In this document: positions 1-25,889 of the stretch, piece by piece | Layout of the letters: every line of letters starts with the position of its first letter | Numbering within the stretch: the stretch's first letter is position 1 | Assembly (NCBI GenBank): GCA_963693365.1 | Contig: CAVNZM010000017.1 | Coordinates: 5,942,708-6,006,707 of the forward strand | From: Amoebidium appalachense | Taxonomy: Eukaryota > Protista > Ichthyosporea | Length of the DNA: 64,000 nucleotides | Direction: 5' to 3' | Translations under genes and position numbers: made by a program | Notes under the pieces: generated by a model | What the model saw: the letters and a program-made list of their open reading frames with translations, nothing else | Database searches by the model: none | What the model was told of the DNA's origin: nothing

Positions 1-145
1 GGGCGAGGTACCAACAAGACGGGATAAGAGCAGGCGTACAGGGGGGGAAGACCATGCGCGTGCACACTATGTACGGCCAGCTAAAATTAGCGGTTTGTGT
101 AGTTTGAAGCCTTTGCCAAACATTTTTTCTTTTCTGGAGCGGTGG

Positions 146-181
<36 letters not shown>

Positions 182-722
182 GGGAGGAGGGAGCCGGGGG
201 GGTGGGGGGGGGGGGGGGGGGGGGGGCGTGAGCGCTGCCACCACCACAAGTACCCCCTCCTTTACCCTCAACAACTATCATTCACTGTGGACGCACACGT
301 GCAAAGGCGAGTGCTGGCAGCTGTCACCATGCTTAAGAGATTGAAATAGAGCACACGTCCATCTTATCCTTAAAAGTAGGAGAAAATGTGTCGATCAAAT
401 TAGCCTACTACCGTGGCACCGCCAGACAGGCAAGGAACTCACACAAAGATTTCTCGCTACTTGTCTGCAAGAAAGTATTGGAGATGTTGAAGCTACTACT
501 CGTCTGCAAGAAAGTTTTGGAGATGTTGAAGCTACAACGAGAACAATTATTCATATAGATAACCCCACCGTAAACTAAACTATATATAGTCCTAGTCAAA
601 CTTGGGAACATATAACCATGATAAAATCAAAAAACATGGTTCAAAGAATGGTGGATGTAACTTGCGCAGCAACCAAAGCAAAAGAGGAAAGAAAATAAAA
701 CAAAACATCAAAATAATTGCCC

Positions 723-1468
723 TCACATGGAAGCAAAAGTCTTGCCCTGCCAGCCGACACTCTCATATGTCTGTGCCCTGAAGTCAATGTAGTATCTGTC
801 AGCCGCCACCTTGAAGTGCTGCTGCAAAAGTTTGCTCACACCCTCACTAATGGAGTCGGCAGCCTTGCCGTTGAACCCACCGATGCTCATGCAGGCCAAC
901 TGTGTGTGTATGCGTGCGTGAGTTTGATACAGGGAACCAGGATGAACGCGTAGGGAGGGGGGGAGGGAGGGGGAGGGGGGGGGCGGCGGGGGACGACAAT
1001 AGAAAGACCGGGTGGTTGGGGAAGTGTGGCACCGGGGGGGGGGGGGGGGGGGGGGGAGCAGGGAAGGGGGGAGTGAGAGAGCGAGAGAGAGAGAGACAGT
1101 GTGTGTGTGTGTGTGTGTGTGTGTTTGTTGGGGGGGGGGGGGGGGGGGGGGAGGGGGGGGGGGGGGGCGGGGGGTAGTGGGGATAAGGGAATTCCGAGGG
1201 ACCCCGTGCGGAGGGGGGAGGGAGGGGAGGGAGGGCGGAGGGGGGGGAAAGGAGACGGTGTATGTGCAGGGCATTTAAGTGGGAGCAAAAGTTTGTTCAT
1301 AGTTATGTTTCTTGTTTATTCTGACTCTCCCTACTGTCCGTTTTTAAACGGTTTAGGCGACAGGAGCTTCGAGGGAAAGAAGGGGAAGGGACGAAAAGAG
1401 GAAAAGTAGGTGAAGTTACTTTCATTCCACTAAACCGAGGTTAATTTGTTTACCCCTCCCCCCCCCCT

Positions 1469-1521
<53 letters not shown>

Positions 1522-2090
1522 ACACACGCAGACAAGTGTACACACACACACACACCAATGCACATAAACCACAGCACAGCACAAACGCCAGCAACTTTTC
1601 GCGATCCCGCTGGAGGGGACGGTAATGACGCCCAGGAAAAGCAAGGTGCGAAACAAAAAGCGCGCGCCACTTTATGTTTTAGAAAAAACACCTTTAATAT
1701 CTTCACTACAGCGTTAGAAAAGAGCTCTTAGATGCCAACTCCACAGAAAAAAAGTGCAATTAACGACAGTTGTGCATAGGACAAATTACTTGCCGATTGT
1801 GTCCGCACCAGCTCACACTAAGGATTGGCACTGAAGTCAAGCCAGAGTGCAAAAACATCACAAGCGCACACGTAGGTGGTCTAGCACAGAACATGCCCTC
1901 AAATACGTACCTGTGCACACGGATCAGTCGAGCCCCCAAAGCACATGCCGGTTGCCTGCTGTACACTCACAGTCACATAATTCTCTGGCTTACCCGTGCC
2001 CTTCGCGACTACCTTTGACGCCTCTTTGACGAATGTTTCGGCTGTGGCGGCGTCAACAGGGACATTGACAAGAACTTGGAGGGTAGGCAT
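723..2090 (-). CDS. MIF: Macrophage migration inhibitory factor / tautomerase family protein, 118 aa, 2 exons (2090-1911, 899-723)
   Basis: Spliced product MPTLQVLVNV...GKPENYVTV...MCFGGSTDPCAQ|LACMSIGG...DRYYIDF...VGWQGKTF. It has the catalytic Pro after Met and the GKP-x2-Y, FGGS-x-DP, SIG and VGW-x-G-x-TF motifs of MIF. The phase-0 GT-AG intron spans 1910-900. Confidence 0.93.
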
Positions 2091-2775
2091 GGTGGTGGGT
2101 GAAAACAAAAACGAGAAACAGAATGCGAGAGATGGTTGGTTGTAAGAAAGAGTTTTGCTTGGTTCTTTTTTCCTGCCTTCTTTTTTTGGTGCCAACATGA
2201 AGAATATCCCCTAATTTTCCGGAGACTTGCTGTCGGTGACACGAAATCTCACTTTAAAAAGTAAATGATTCCAACCTCTTTTTAAAAACTTAGGAATGAG
2301 AGTTTTAACTTGGATAAATTTAGTCTTAAACCGTTAATATCACTTTACAGTGAAGTACATTTAGAAAAAGCAGCAAGTCGCCCGGTCCGGCAAAGGGTAA
2401 ATGTGACGTCACTATGAGGTCACCTGTAAGCCTCGCCCTGCACACCTGCACGACTGTGACTTCTGCCTTTCATTCCAGAAGGGAAAGAAGGAGTAGACAG
2501 AGCGTGCTTTTGTGATGTCAAGCGTTTTAGAGGTTGAAGGGAAGCTAGTAATAAATACCGAGATATGGTTTTAAGACCTGAGTGCATAGCATCGGTGAAA
2601 TAAATAAGGTAATATTTGCTGTACTCACTGCACCTTCCTTCTCTCGCTCTAGTTCGCTCTCTCCAAGAAAGCAAGTTCACAAAAAGGCAATCACAATAAC
2701 ATCCGGTTGCACCGTTCAAGGGCTTGCATATTAAATTCTGAAACATCTGCGCGTTTTGAATAGCTATTCAGCAAC
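2091..2775. promoter_or_regulatory. Probable shared (bidirectional) promoter region between head-to-head MIF and CMC1
   Basis: 685 bp of repeat-free sequence between divergent ATGs at 2090 (-) and 2776 (+). It contains a TGACGTCA (CRE-like) palindrome at about 2404-2411. Function is inferred. Confidence 0.5.
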
Positions 2776-3216
2776 ATGGAAGCGTTTGAGCAACCCGACA
2801 TTAAGGCACTGAACCTCAAAAACTGGGAGAGGGAGAGAATAACAACAAAAGTGAGAAAGGAGGCACGGGCACAGTGTGCTGTGGAGTTTGAAGGTAAGGC
2901 TTGGTTGTTATGTTTTTCTTTTGATGGGGGAGCAAAAGAGACAGCGGGAGGGAGAGGAAGGGAGGCGAAGGAGGGGATGGAGGATGGGAAAGAAGGAGGG
3001 TAGGTGGGTGGGAACGAGAGGGCAGAGGGAGGGAGGAAAGGGAGGGAGGGAGGAAAGGGCAGGGAGGGAGAGAAAGACAACACGGGGGGCGGGGCGGGGG
3101 GAGGGGGGTGGGGGGGGGGGGGTAGGAGAGTCAAAAAGAGAGCACGGGGGGCTGGGTTGGAAGAGGAGAGAGACGGAGGAGAGGGGGGCAGAGGAGAGAG
3201 GGGGGGGGGGGGGGGG

Positions 3217-3269
<53 letters not shown>

Positions 3270-3312
3270 TGTGGAGATTATGTGTGTTTGTGTGTGTGTT
3301 TATGAGTGAAGG

Positions 3313-3387
<75 letters not shown>

Positions 3388-3453
3388 GGAGAGAGAGAGA
3401 AAGAGAGAGAGAGAGAGAAGAGCAACAGAGGGAGAGGGGGAGGGGGGGGGGGA

Positions 3454-3501
<48 letters not shown>

Positions 3502-4114
3502 CCATGGCGAGAGTGTGTGTGCGCGCGCGTGTAAGTGGGTTGTGGGGGGAGGAGCTGAGCAAAAGTTAAGGATGCAACAGCATGAGGGAAAGATTTATCG
3601 TGTTTCGGGGGCAAAGGAGGAAGAACTATCAAGGAAGGAGAGGTGGCAAGGAAATTGGTTGTGATTATGACAGACACAACCCGGGGGTGGGGTTTGGGGG
3701 GGGGAGGGGGGGGGGGGAGGGGGGCAGACAAAACCTGCTGGTGCTTTCGCATGTGTGAATGGAGTGTCCAGGAAGAAAGGTTGACTTAAAAAAGGCATGA
3801 ATAAAAACTCTTTGGCCACTTTGAGTAAAGTTACAAAATAGAAGGGGGGGAAGAGCTAGCGTGTAAGTGGGATCTGGGATGGCAAGCAATGGGAGAAGGG
3901 GGAGGGGAAGGGGGGGGGGGGGAAGGGGGGGGGGAGGGGGGGAGAGGTTGGATAGCAGAAATCAGCTAAGGGAGACGGCACTTGCAGTGTCGATAAATAT
4001 GTTCGTGGGTGTGTGTGGGAGTTGGGGAAAGGAATCGGGTCACGTGAGGACGGGATATGACACTGCAGCCTACATGCATTTTTTATCGTGTATGCACCGC
4101 AGGGGCGGGAGGCT

Positions 4115-4164
<50 letters not shown>

Positions 4165-4393
4165 TGCGTTACCGTTTGGGGAAAGGGGGAAGGGAGTCAC
4201 ACACCTACATAGTGCCGGGGACGCATGTAGCCCCCCCCCCCACCCACCCACTCCACCCACCCCCCGTGGGGAGGGATAGGTTTGACCTAAATGCAAACTC
4301 TTCCTGCTTGTTCCATTCATGCAAAATGTCCCATGTGTTATTCGTCGTGAATGTGTACGTCGTATTCCACAACACATTCTTTACCCCCTTCCT

Positions 4394-4442
<49 letters not shown>

Positions 4443-4562
4443 AAAAAAAAAAAAAAAAGCCAACCCCAGCGCCACTCCTACTTACTCCCCCTATCTTGTC
4501 CCTTCCTCATATCTGTTTTCCTCAACTCCATCTTTTTCACCACACTGCCATCACAATTACCA

Positions 4563-4593
<31 letters not shown>

Positions 4594-4595
4594 AC

Positions 4596-4638
<43 letters not shown>

Positions 4639-4725
4639 ACCCCCCTACCCCAGCCTCTCCTCCTCTCACAAACACACGCACCCACACACATGCGCATGCA
4701 CGCAAAACCTTATCCTCCACATGCA

Positions 4726-4766
<41 letters not shown>

Positions 4767-5301
4767 ACAGCCTACATAGCGTGCATGAACAACAACGTGG
4801 TGAGTGGTGCCTGGCGCTGTAAGAAGACCATGTATGTCCTTAACGACTGTCTAGACCAATAGTAAGTATCCTACACACACACACACACACACCCCTTTCA
4901 CCTCTCCCCCCTATCCCCCCCCCCCCCCCCGGAAGTATCGACTTAGGTATCGACGGGGGAGCTTCCTAGAAGCCCCGTCTCCTGAGTTCCTATCTATATT
5001 TTTCTTGCTTCTGCTTACTGCTGCAACTTTAACCCCCGGCCTTTCCCACTGCCCTTGCCTGCATAAGCAACCCTGCTCGTCTCTGATCAAGACGGGTGAC
5101 CTACTCATGTTCAAGTGAAACAGTATCTGAGTTGGGTTTCGTTAACGAGGGGAATAGGTCGAAACTCGGGTACTGTGGATGACGTGGGCCCCCCCTGAGG
5201 ATGGGCTCTGCTTATTATGCATACTCTTTATGTATGGCTTGCATTCTGCATCGTGTTATCCGTTTGTTCTTGTGTACTTCGTACTTTTTGACGCATTCAA
5301 A

Positions 5302-5332
<31 letters not shown>

Positions 5333-5763
5333 GTGACGAGGGAAAAGAAGAAGAATAAGAAAGAAAGAGATAAAACACACTGACCGGTTGTTTCCTGGTT
5401 TCCCTATTGTTATTTTTTCCTTAACCTACAACAGATATAACCGGCAGTAGGGAAAGGCAATAAGAAAGCATTCAGAATTGTTTACATGTTCTGTAATCAG
5501 TTGTGTCTGTCGTTTCCACGGCACACGCGTACGTGCTTATTCACACATGCATACACAACGTGCTACACACACGCGTGCGCGCATGTTTCACATTGCTCCT
5601 AGTACATAGGCACCCACACACATACCACGATGCATACTTGCACATACACACACACACACTCTCACTCACTCACTCACTCACTCACTCACTCACTAACTCA
5701 CTCACTCACTCGCTCACGATTGGCTTCTGCACACAATTGGGCCGGTTACTCCCAAAAATAAAA

Positions 5764-5797
<34 letters not shown>

Positions 5798-6103
5798 GGG
5801 TTGGTGTTTCGTGTGTGGGATTATCATCTGTTTTTGGTTTGGAGGATATACACTTGGAGTGTGTCAGTGCCAAAGCCTATGCACGTGCACGTGACATTTC
5901 GTTTTTGCTGCACTCCAACATGTGTGCACGGACGTGTATAATCATGCACACACCCGCACGGGGATAGCCACATACGGACACAGGCACGTGTGCATGCGTG
6001 CAGTGCGCAAACAGGCACGCACACATCTGTGCTGGTCGCGCACGTGCGCGCGTGCACACACACACATTCACATACACAGGCACACACACCTACGCTGGTC
6101 GTA

Positions 6104-6182
<79 letters not shown>

Positions 6183-6249
6183 CACACACACCTATGCTGG
6201 TCGTACACACACACACACACACACACAGGCACACACACCTATGCTGGTC

Positions 6250-6305
<56 letters not shown>

Positions 6306-6326
6306 CACACACACCTATGCTGGTCG

Positions 6327-6382
<56 letters not shown>

Positions 6383-6400
6383 CACACACACCTATGCTGG

Positions 6401-6445
<45 letters not shown>

Positions 6446-6476
6446 CACACACACCTATGCTGGTCGTACACACACA

Positions 6477-6534
<58 letters not shown>

Positions 6535-6552
6535 CACACACACCTATGCTGG

Positions 6553-6589
<37 letters not shown>

Positions 6590-6647
6590 CACACACACCT
6601 ATGTTGGTCGTACACACACAGGCACACACACACACACACATACACAT

Positions 6648-6720
<73 letters not shown>

Positions 6721-7110
6721 CACACACACCAATGCTGGTCGTACGCACACACAAACACATGCGCGCGCACACACACACACAAACACACACACACACACAC
6801 ACAAACACACGCACGCACGCACGCATACAGGCACACGCACACAGGCACACACACCAATGTTGGTCGTACACACACACACACGTCGGCCTGCGCACATGGC
6901 CTGCGCACACACGTCGGGTGCTTGGTGCCAATCGAGGATTCACCCGTGCAAGTGCTCCATACTGCCTTAGCCACAATACCCCCCCCCCCCCCCCACCCTC
7001 TCTCCCCTTCTCCACCAAGCACACACAAAATAGGAACAATGAACGGGTACACACAAACACACACACACAGAAAGAGAGAGAGAGAGAGAGACAGAGAGAG
7101 ACGCACACAC

Positions 7111-7176
<66 letters not shown>

Positions 7177-7216
7177 TGTGTGTCTGTCTGTCTCACACAC
7201 ACACACACACACACAC

Positions 7217-7265
<49 letters not shown>

Positions 7266-7545
7266 GTCTGTCTGTCTCACATACACACACACACTCTCTC
7301 TCCCTCCCTCCCTCCCTCCCCCCTCCCCCCCCCCCCCCTCCCCCCTCCCCCCCCCCCCCCCCCCCCCGGCTCTCTCTCTCCCCCCCCCTCGCTCTCGCTC
7401 ACACAAAAAAATTTTCTTCAGTACCACTGCCGAGGATTTCCAAAAAGCAACGGGCGAATATGTGGAAAAGGAGAGACAACAACTGTACGACGCAGCAAAG
7501 GAAAGGATGGAGAAGAAAATGTCCGCAGCAGCAGCAAAGCAATAA
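2776..7545 (+). CDS. CMC1: CMC1-like twin CX9C mitochondrial COX assembly protein, 3 exons (2776-2893, 4771-4861, 7422-7545)
   Basis: Spliced product ...KVRKEARAQCAVEFEAYIACMNNNVVSGAWRCKKTMYVLNDCLDQYTTAEDFQKATGEY... contains two exact C-x9-C motifs. The GT-AG introns have matching phases (1 and 2). Confidence 0.85.
4931..5301 (+). mobile_element. Structured, C-run-terminated interspersed repeat (SINE-like or non-LTR 3' end), long copy, subfamily A
   Basis: Near-identical to the reverse complement of 13790-14162. Flanked by C-runs on both sides and ends GACGCATTCAAA-(C)n. Confidence 0.8.
6012..6870 (+). repeat. Compound minisatellite: about 11 copies of CAGGCACACACACCTATGCTGGTCGT separated by variable (AC)n
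   Basis: Units visible at about 6077, 6179, 6225, 6302, 6378, 6443, 6531, 6586, 6716 and 6842, plus a degenerate unit at 6012. Lies in CMC1 intron 2. Confidence 0.9.
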
Positions 7546-8797
7546 AACACCGGGATTTGGTTTTCACATTTTGCATTTGCTCCCCGCATATACGGTGGCT
7601 GCTCAGATCGTAGTTTGCCAAATGTTTTCTGTTTTCTTTTTTTCCGGTCCCATGTTTCTATTTTTCTCTCCTTATCGTGCAAATATATAGAAGAAAAAAA
7701 ATTTACTTCCTACCCGTAACTGTACAAAAGCTGACAATCGGTGGCGTTTTCTTTCTTTTTTTTTTTTTTGCCTTCCCTGTATTTCTTTCGTTACAAGATG
7801 CACGATGGGACAGACTGATGCATATGGCTTTTTAAGGGGATTGAGGGATGGCCTTACGTAAGCGCATGCAAGTTTCTGACTGGTGATTGGGAAACGTTGC
7901 TCCTACAAACGGTGCTCAGGAAGTACCAAGCATGGTAATGTAAAAACCACATGTGGAAATGCCCAAGATCACGAATCACAGGGAACCAAGGGCATACACA
8001 CTCACCTGCACACACATGTACAGGCACACACACACTTGCGCAGGTGAAAATGCACATGCAGACGCAAGGTTTACGTGCACACACAAAAACATAAATACGA
8101 GCAAAGCTAAATGTACACTTGCACACACACACACACACACACAAATAAAAAATAAAAAATAAAAAAAGCTCAAATGTGCGACGATTACGTGCACACACAG
8201 ACACATTCACACGTACCAAGGCACACATGCGCATACTTAGATACACACCCGCAAAGGCACACTTGCATACGCTTTGGCCTCAGTGCACGGTGTTGACGTT
8301 AACATCTTTCTTCGTGTGGAACGTTGTACGTCTCGGCACCATATATTCATCGTACCTTCAGCTACAGACCCCTCCTAGCCCCACCAGGACAAACGAAAAA
8401 ACATGTACACAGACTGTCGTACGTGCATGTCCGGCTAGCTATATAGTCAGATATAGTATGTCTTGAATTTAATTTCCTCAAAATATCTAGCGCCGTGTAT
8501 TGAATTTAATTTCCCCAAAATATCTAGCGCCGTGTATTGAATTTTTAAGTATCTTCGTGAATGATAACATACATGCACGTTTTCCCCTAGTATGCTTCCT
8601 GTGCTTATGTGCACACGTGTTGTTCGGCGGGCCTGTGCGTATTGTCATGCCGGCCTGTATTTTTCAACGGTTATTTGCACACCATAAGTAGATTCGGCAT
8701 GTCGGTGCGCGTAGTATGCGTGTAGTTACTACTGGGGTCCTGTTTTTTGGAGGAATTGCTTCCGTTTTGGCCACTGATCTTGGCTATATGGCATATA

Positions 8798-8836
<39 letters not shown>

Positions 8837-9138
8837 GCCCACCACCACCACCACCCGGTGACACACTTTCCCACCCTAATGATAGTGCTGGTGCTCTTCT
8901 TCTCCCGGACGCATACTCCTTTGTATTGTCCGCAGCAAATATTACGGTACTATATCAGTTCTCCCTTATATAATAACATTTTCGTCCGTTAAACGACACC
9001 CCCCCCCCCCCCCCCCCCCCCCCCCTCTGCCCCCCCTCCCCTCCCCGCCTCATGCATCTCCACCTCTCCCCCCTCCCTCACCCTGCTCGTTTACACAAGT
9101 AAATCCATGTGCACATGTGTGCGCACGCACACACACCC

Positions 9139-9184
<46 letters not shown>

Positions 9185-9618
9185 GTGACACATACACACT
9201 GATCAACGGTCAACTACTTCCAAGTTAGTAATGGGGGCAAAGCTAGTTCTCCTGCTAACCTTGCAATGTTCGTGTGTGTATAGTGTGTGACGGGGAATGT
9301 ACGTATATGTGTATGGTGTGGGTGAGTATTTTTGCATGTTCATGTCGGGTGCTCATCGCTGGTCAATGTTTCTGCACCTCGTGTGTGTGTGTGTGGTACA
9401 TGCATGTGCAACTACGTTTGAATCAAATACGTGAGCTCGAGAAAGTGTGTGTGTGCGTGTGTGCACGTTATTATTTAGTTAGCCTCAATGTTGACGGTTT
9501 GGGAAATTATGTAAATCGCTGCTAAATCCCGAGTACTATAGATGACCAGGTTGTCCGATAGTTCATATGACGGCAGCCTATGGGGTGGGGGACCCACCTT
9601 TCTTAGGGGATGGGTGAG

Positions 9619-9652
<34 letters not shown>

Positions 9653-10689
9653 ACAAAAAAAAAAAAAAAAAAAAAAAAAGCTAGCTATTACCCCACTCCC
9701 CGTTCCAAATCAAGAATCCTTACTTTGCGCGTTTCTTCGTATCGATCGGTGTGTTTATGGGTAGGTTTCTCAATCGTGTGGGTGTACATATGTTGGCTTT
9801 TGTCTTAATGCCAGTGTGTATTTTTGGCGTCTCAAGTGTTGGCGGGTAAATATAGCCTTTCGTGTACATGTGTGCGTGCGTGTATGTCTGTATCCTTTTC
9901 ATGTTTGTGTGCCGGTGTGCACATTACATCATGTTCTTTAGCGTGGATGTAAATAAACGGTGTCGGTGTGTATTTCGGGGAACCCAACTAATTGATTTTC
10001 TTGTCTTTATGGTGCTTCGTAGAGTAAGAAAAACCCTGATATATATCAACACCCGACATCTATGTACTTGATCATGATATACCGCTGAGGGGATATTCCG
10101 AGCAAAACTCCCCATACCTGAGACTGGTCTCTCTTTGCCTCGAGTAAACAGCGTAAACTCCCGTGTGTATTTGTACCTGCTCATGTTGCAAGCATGATGA
10201 TGCATGATGTATTTGTAAACATATCTGTTCGTGTGAATGTGTGCATTAAATAGAGCAGTTGACCACATGTGTTTGCCGGCCAACGTCGTGTAGAAGCCAG
10301 CACACAAGTAACACGCCGTTTCATTTTTGGATCAATTTTTTATTGTTCAAAGTTGACCACATTCAATATAATTCATTCAGCCCGGCCATAACATGTACTT
10401 GTTTGCTACAAAAACGCGAGGTCAAAGGAACCACAGAACACCCACTCCATTCAGTTACGTGATAACACCCTGTTTAGATCTCTCTCTCCTTTTCCCCATC
10501 CGGTAACCAAGTGATCCGACCGGCATTAATTAGTGTACATTGACGAGAGTTTGTAGGTTTTGCATACGCATGTATCCCTGCCTGATTACAACTATTTCTT
10601 TGAGGTAAATCTCCTTTTTTTTCATCTGCTGTGTTCCTATTACCATTCATAAGTAAAACCATAACCCCCCCCCCCCCCCCCCCCCTCCT

Positions 10690-24371
<13,682 letters not shown>

Positions 24372-24581
24372 ATTTAAAGAACACAGGGTGGACTCTACCC
24401 GCTTAATTTTTGAGATGGAACAAAAATGGGTGCTTCTTTGGTGTTGGCCTGTGTGCTTGTGGTTCTTCTCGAAACGATCGTAATCTTAAGTGATGTGTAA
24501 TCGTGTGTGTGTTCTGGGAGTGACAGAGGGATTCCGGATTTTGACGGGGGAGGGGGGTGGCGGTGCGGTGGTGGTGGTGGT

Positions 24582-24624
<43 letters not shown>

Positions 24625-24729
24625 CGGGGCGGGGGGAGGGGGGGGGGGGGGAGGAGTGGGGGGAAGGAGGGGGGCGGGTTGGGGGTTTTGGGGGGGGGGG
24701 GGGGGGGGGGGAGGGGGGGGTAGAGGGAG

Positions 24730-24799
<70 letters not shown>

Positions 24800-25123
24800 A
24801 CGAAGCTTTGTTTGAAGCAAGCCCTAGTTATGCTGATATGATACTAGCTCAAAAACCGAATATCCCAAAAGCCTACAGCAGCATTTCAGAATATAGCTAT
24901 ACTGCACATAGACGTCGAGCGACATGCGCCGTCATCGAATCCTGAGGTGTCAATTCCTACAGTGAGGCCTAAATTGCAGCTGCGAAAGCCCAGAGGTAAA
25001 TTTTTTGATCAAATTGCATATTGCCCAAATCAAGCTATTCTGCAATTTATGTTTGGGTTACCTCTTTCCTCCCTCTATGATCCAACGGCCCCCGGACCCC
25101 CCCGACTCCGAGCCCCCCCCCCC

Positions 25124-25889
25124 TGTTGGAGTACACTGGTACTCCCGGCTAGCAATGTCTGTTAGAGAAAGTTTCTGAGCAATTGAATAACTGTTTCAAC
25201 ACTCACTCGAGTGCATAGAGCTTTTGTTTACGGTCATATTCATATATGGTAGTTATATGTTTGAGCCAAAACTGTACCAATGACGAGCTTCACTAGCAAC
25301 GTGCTAATTGTGCTCTCTTTTCGGCTATTCCCGGTTCAGATGATGTCATGTCTATATTTGCCACAGGATTCTATTCTTAGAGTGGTAGTGTGCTTTATTC
25401 CCGGATATTCTCAGAATATTTTTAGTTGTGTGAAGCAAGATTTACGTTTAACTGCAATTGGTGTGTTAAACACGTTTATTTGTGTGCTTTAGTGCAAGTT
25501 AACTAGCCACTCAACGTGCACAGTTAACTTTTATATCTTTAACGACTTGTTTTCATTGTGCTCTCTTTTCGGCCATGCTGTACATGGCCCACCACCAGGG
25601 TGCACACGAGGCCACCATGAGGTGGCCAACGACTATATAAAGCAGTGCCTCCCATGTCACAAACATGGGAAGCAGAACGTTTGATTTACACTTTTCTACT
25701 GTCGTTTCCAGTGCACAAAACACATAGACTAGTTACCCATCATACACGACACTATGTCTGACAACTTACAGTTGCAGCAACTAGTCCAACTACTGGAGCA
25801 GAGGTTGGCCTCACAAGATGCAATCATTTCTGACTTACAGAAGGAACAACGTGCACTAGAACTAGCTTCTATGAACACAATGTCCAACA
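25124..25889 (+). repeat. 5' LTR
   Basis: Appears identical by eye to 30238-31003. TATA-like CTATATAAAG at about 25633. Confidence 0.95.

Noticed and set aside
457-535. 39-bp tandem duplication (LLVCKKVLEMLKL x2); similar small duplications at about 8463-8545 and 31844-31882
   Set aside because: Ordinary local duplications with no supporting ORF or element structure.
5121-5205. Hammerhead ribozyme reading of GAAAC and CTGAGGA in the structured repeat
   Set aside because: The order and pairing do not fit types I-III. The strand pairing after GAAA lies upstream with no CUGANGA in between.
5061-5220. U1 snRNA, SRP, RNase P or snoRNA identity for the structured repeat
   Set aside because: GATCAAGA resembles U1 loop I, but there is no ACTTACCTG or Sm site. 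No convincing C/D, H/ACA or P4 elements are present, and the 5' truncations indicate a retroposon.
6012-6870. CRISPR-like repeat-spacer array
   Set aside because: The spacers are only (AC)n, no cas genes are present, and the array lies in a eukaryotic intron.
5824-7682. Long ORFs (up to 563 aa) of HTHT/CVCV/PPPP/GGGG here and throughout the window
   Set aside because: They are stop-free translations of microsatellites and homopolymers, mostly inside introns.
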